A stretch of DNA of 64,000 nucleotides from Chlamydiales bacterium (lineage in GTDB: Bacteria > Chlamydiota > Chlamydiia > Chlamydiales > JAAZZY01), in NCBI GenBank assembly GCA_965206695.1, contig CBDBKM010000007.1, positions 33,239 through 97,238 of the forward strand, written 5' to 3'. Below, piece by piece: positions 61,403 to 64,000 of the stretch. The position numbers and the translations under genes are program-made. The stretch's first letter is position 1. Each line of letters starts with the position of its first letter. The notes beneath the pieces are model-generated. The model saw only the letters and a program-made list of their open reading frames with translations, was not told the origin of the DNA and made no database searches.

Positions 61403-63558
61403 ATGGATGATTCTGAAGAAGATAGAGAAGAAGAACGGTTACTCTTTTCTAGAGAGCAAGGTTTCTTTGATAGGAATAAAGGAATGGGTATTTTCATTCT
61501 TTTGATTTTTGCCGTCTGTCTCTTTATCTTTCTTCATTTTAAAGAAGTAAAAATTGAGACTCTGGAACTTAACAGCATGGCTAAGCATTATGTGATTGCT
61601 CAAGTGGATTTTGATTTTCCTGATGAAGAAGCGACTATTATAATGAGACAACGTGTGATCAGAGATGTTGAAACGGTCAATCAATTTCATGATAATGATT
61701 TGATATCTTTTCGAAACAGCTTTGAAAAAAAGCTGCTTAGTAAGCCGGATTGGAGAAAAACGACGAGGAGTGATTTAGATCAAATACATAAGGCAATGGA
61801 CCTCTTGGAAAATGCCCTTATACAAGCACGTTTTACCAATTTGCAAACCATCAATAAGATGAAAGATCTTAATTATTCACACCAAAATTATTACGCTTTC
61901 CTCCCTGAATCTACCCATCAATCTATTTATTTACCTGATACTCTTTGGGATGAAATTAGAGTCAAAACTTTTAGTGGAGAAGATATTAGTCCTGAGCTTA
62001 TTTCATATATAATTCATGCTTTTGAGGATCATCCCTGGCATTTAGAAGAAGATGAGCAGTCGACCATGCGCTTTAAAAAAATTTATTCAAATGCATATTC
62101 CTGAGAAATATACCAAAATAACCGTTGGCAAGCATATTATTGATCAAGGAGATAGGGTCACCGGCCGTCATATATCCATGATGCAGTCGATGAAAGAAGC
62201 TTTAAGCCGAAATCGAAATTTATGGAGCCCTTTATCTGTTGCCGGAAGCATCTTAATGACTTTGGTCTTTGTTGCTATTGGATGGGTTTATTTTTCTTTT
62301 AATCACAAAGATATATTAGCTTCTAATAGAAAGCGCGCCTTGTTAGTCACCATTGTGATTTTAACGCTGGCTATTGCAAAGCTTGTAGAGGCTTTATTAG
62401 TGATGAATGACAGCAACTTACTTGAGGAGGTTAATTATCCATTATTTGTCCCTTTTGGAGCAGTATTTCTTTGTGCTTTAATAAGTCAAAGAGTAGCCAT
62501 TTTCACTTCCGGATTTTTAGCTGTGGTTATGAGTATGAGCCTTGCGGTTAATCGGACGGAATTTTTAGTCTCAAATCTCATCACTGCAATCGTTGTTATT
62601 CTTTATTCCCGTACCTTACATCGGCGTAAGGAAATTTTTTGGATTATGGGAAAAGCCTGGCTTGCTTGTATTGTTGTGATTGTTGCTTTTTCTTTAACGG
62701 ATAATGGCTTCTGGGAGTTTTCTTTAATCAATGGGATTGTATCTTCTTTTATTTCCTTATTGATTACGGCTATATTGGTTGTGGGGCTTCTTCCTGTTTT
62801 AGAGTCAACCTTTCACGTTTTAAACAGATATTATTCTTATAGAATATATGAATCCGAATGGAGGGCTATTGCGTAGGCTGGCTATTGAAGCTCCCGGGAC
62901 ATATCAACATTCAATGGTTGTAGGTCATTTATCAGAAGCAGCGGCTAGATCAATCGGAGCTAATAGCTTGTTTTGCAGAGTCTCAGCTTTGTATCACGAT
63001 ATCGGTAAACTCAATAACCCACAATACTTCACTGAAAATCAGCAAAGGGGGATGGATATACATCAGCTACTGACCTCTTTAGAATCTGCTCAGGTGATTA
63101 TTGCTCATGTAAGTGATGGCGTTCTCATGGCACGTAAGGCGGGCCTTCCTGAGTCGTTTATCGATATCATTAAAGAACATCATGGAACTACTTTAGTTTA
63201 TTTCTTTTATTGCAAACAGAAAGACTTGCTTGGGGATAAAGAATCTATTAATGAAAAGAACTTTCGTTATTCAGGTCCTAAACCTCGTACTAAAGAATCT
63301 GCTATTATCATGCTGGCAGATACTTTAGAAGCAGCATCTAGGTCATTAGATGAATTTACCAAAGAGACGATTACTATTTTAATTGATAAAATTATTCAGC
63401 AAAAGGCTAGAGATGGGCAATTTAATGAATGTCTACTAACTTTTGAGGAATTAGGTATTGTTCGTAGGTCAATGATTAAAACGCTGGTAGCCGCTACCCA
63501 TTCACGCATTAAATATCCACACGAACAGATCAAAGAGCAATCGCCGGAAATTAGTTAA
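61403..63558 (+). pseudogene. 7TM-HD (HDIG) phosphohydrolase, PgpH-like, split by two +1 frameshifts
   Basis: Three overlapping ORFs give an extracellular domain, 7TM and HD domain (APGTYQHS, YHDIGK, EHHGT, YSGPKP, MLAD). Extra bases at ~62072-62081 and ~62822. Confidence 0.85.
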
Positions 63559-63559
63559 T

Positions 63560-64000
63560 TTATCTGATTCTATTTTTGCTATAGGACGCCAGGATCTTTC
63601 CTATTAGCCATTTGGGAATGATAGAAAGAAAAATATGTTGAAGGCGATATCTGAAATCAAATATGCATGTTTGCTTTCTGCTGTTTATTTGTTTGAAGAT
63701 GTAATAAGCCATTTTTGATGCAGATATTTTGGATTTTTTTTTCTTTTTTTTTTTATGAGTAGCCTTCTCATGAAATGGGGTATCAATTTGCCCGGGGCAA
63801 GAACATAATATTCGAATATCAAAAGGTGACATTTCATAATCAAGAGTTTTGGAAAAATTTAAGATATAGTTTTTACTTGCGCTATAAAGATTAAAACCGG
63901 GGAAGAAAGGTATAAAAGCTACGATGGAAGAAATATTTAAAATCACTCCTTGTTGTTTCTGATCTTTTAATACCTTAGCAGTGTGTAAGGTAATTTCTGT
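63560..64000 (-). CDS. Short-chain dehydrogenase/reductase, C-terminal part (runs off the window)
   Basis: GVILNISS, YSASK, CPGQIDT; frame open to 64000. Confidence 0.88.
   Translation of the reverse strand, partial: TEITLHTAKVLKDQKQQGVILNISSIVAFIPFFPGFNLYSASKNYILNFSKTLDYEMSPFDIRILCSCPGQIDTPFHEKATHKKKKKKKSKISASKMAYYIFKQINSRKQTCIFDFRYRLQHIFLSIIPKWLIGKILASYSKNRIR

Overview
AT-rich chromosome segment of an environmental (non-Chlamydiaceae) member of Chlamydiota. The assignment rests on chlamydia-typical genes and gene order: glyA-clpP-dapF-UPF0158(CT429-like), fused E1alpha/beta 2-oxoacid dehydrogenase, MBL hydrolase-ftsK, CdsZ(CT398-like)-rnpB, hprK-ptsH-ptsI and ybaB-dnaX. The genome looks to be in an IS-expansion and gene-decay phase. 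There are four near-identical 935-bp IS630 (ISY100-like) copies, other IS630 lineages, and IS5-, IS30-, IS701-, IS481- and ISL2-like remnants. copA, glpK, a heme oxygenase, a RING-finger protein and a 7TM-HD (PgpH-like) phosphodiesterase are disrupted. The main observations outside the ORF track are: (1) a window-wide CCGG excess with CTGG/CCAG-to-CCGG substitutions at conserved codons, suggesting Vsr-like biased repair; (2) a ~175-bp non-coding element shared upstream of two unrelated effector-like genes, a RING pseudogene and an ankyrin-like/permuted papain-like/TM protein; (3) a ~10-kb IS/effector island lying between the 5' and 3' relics of glpK; (4) a TAAAG target preference and nested insertions of the active IS630; (5) a diacylglycerol kinase with eukaryote-like motifs; (6) a perfect 32-bp palindrome upstream of comEC. 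All calls were made by eye from motifs; no database searches were run.
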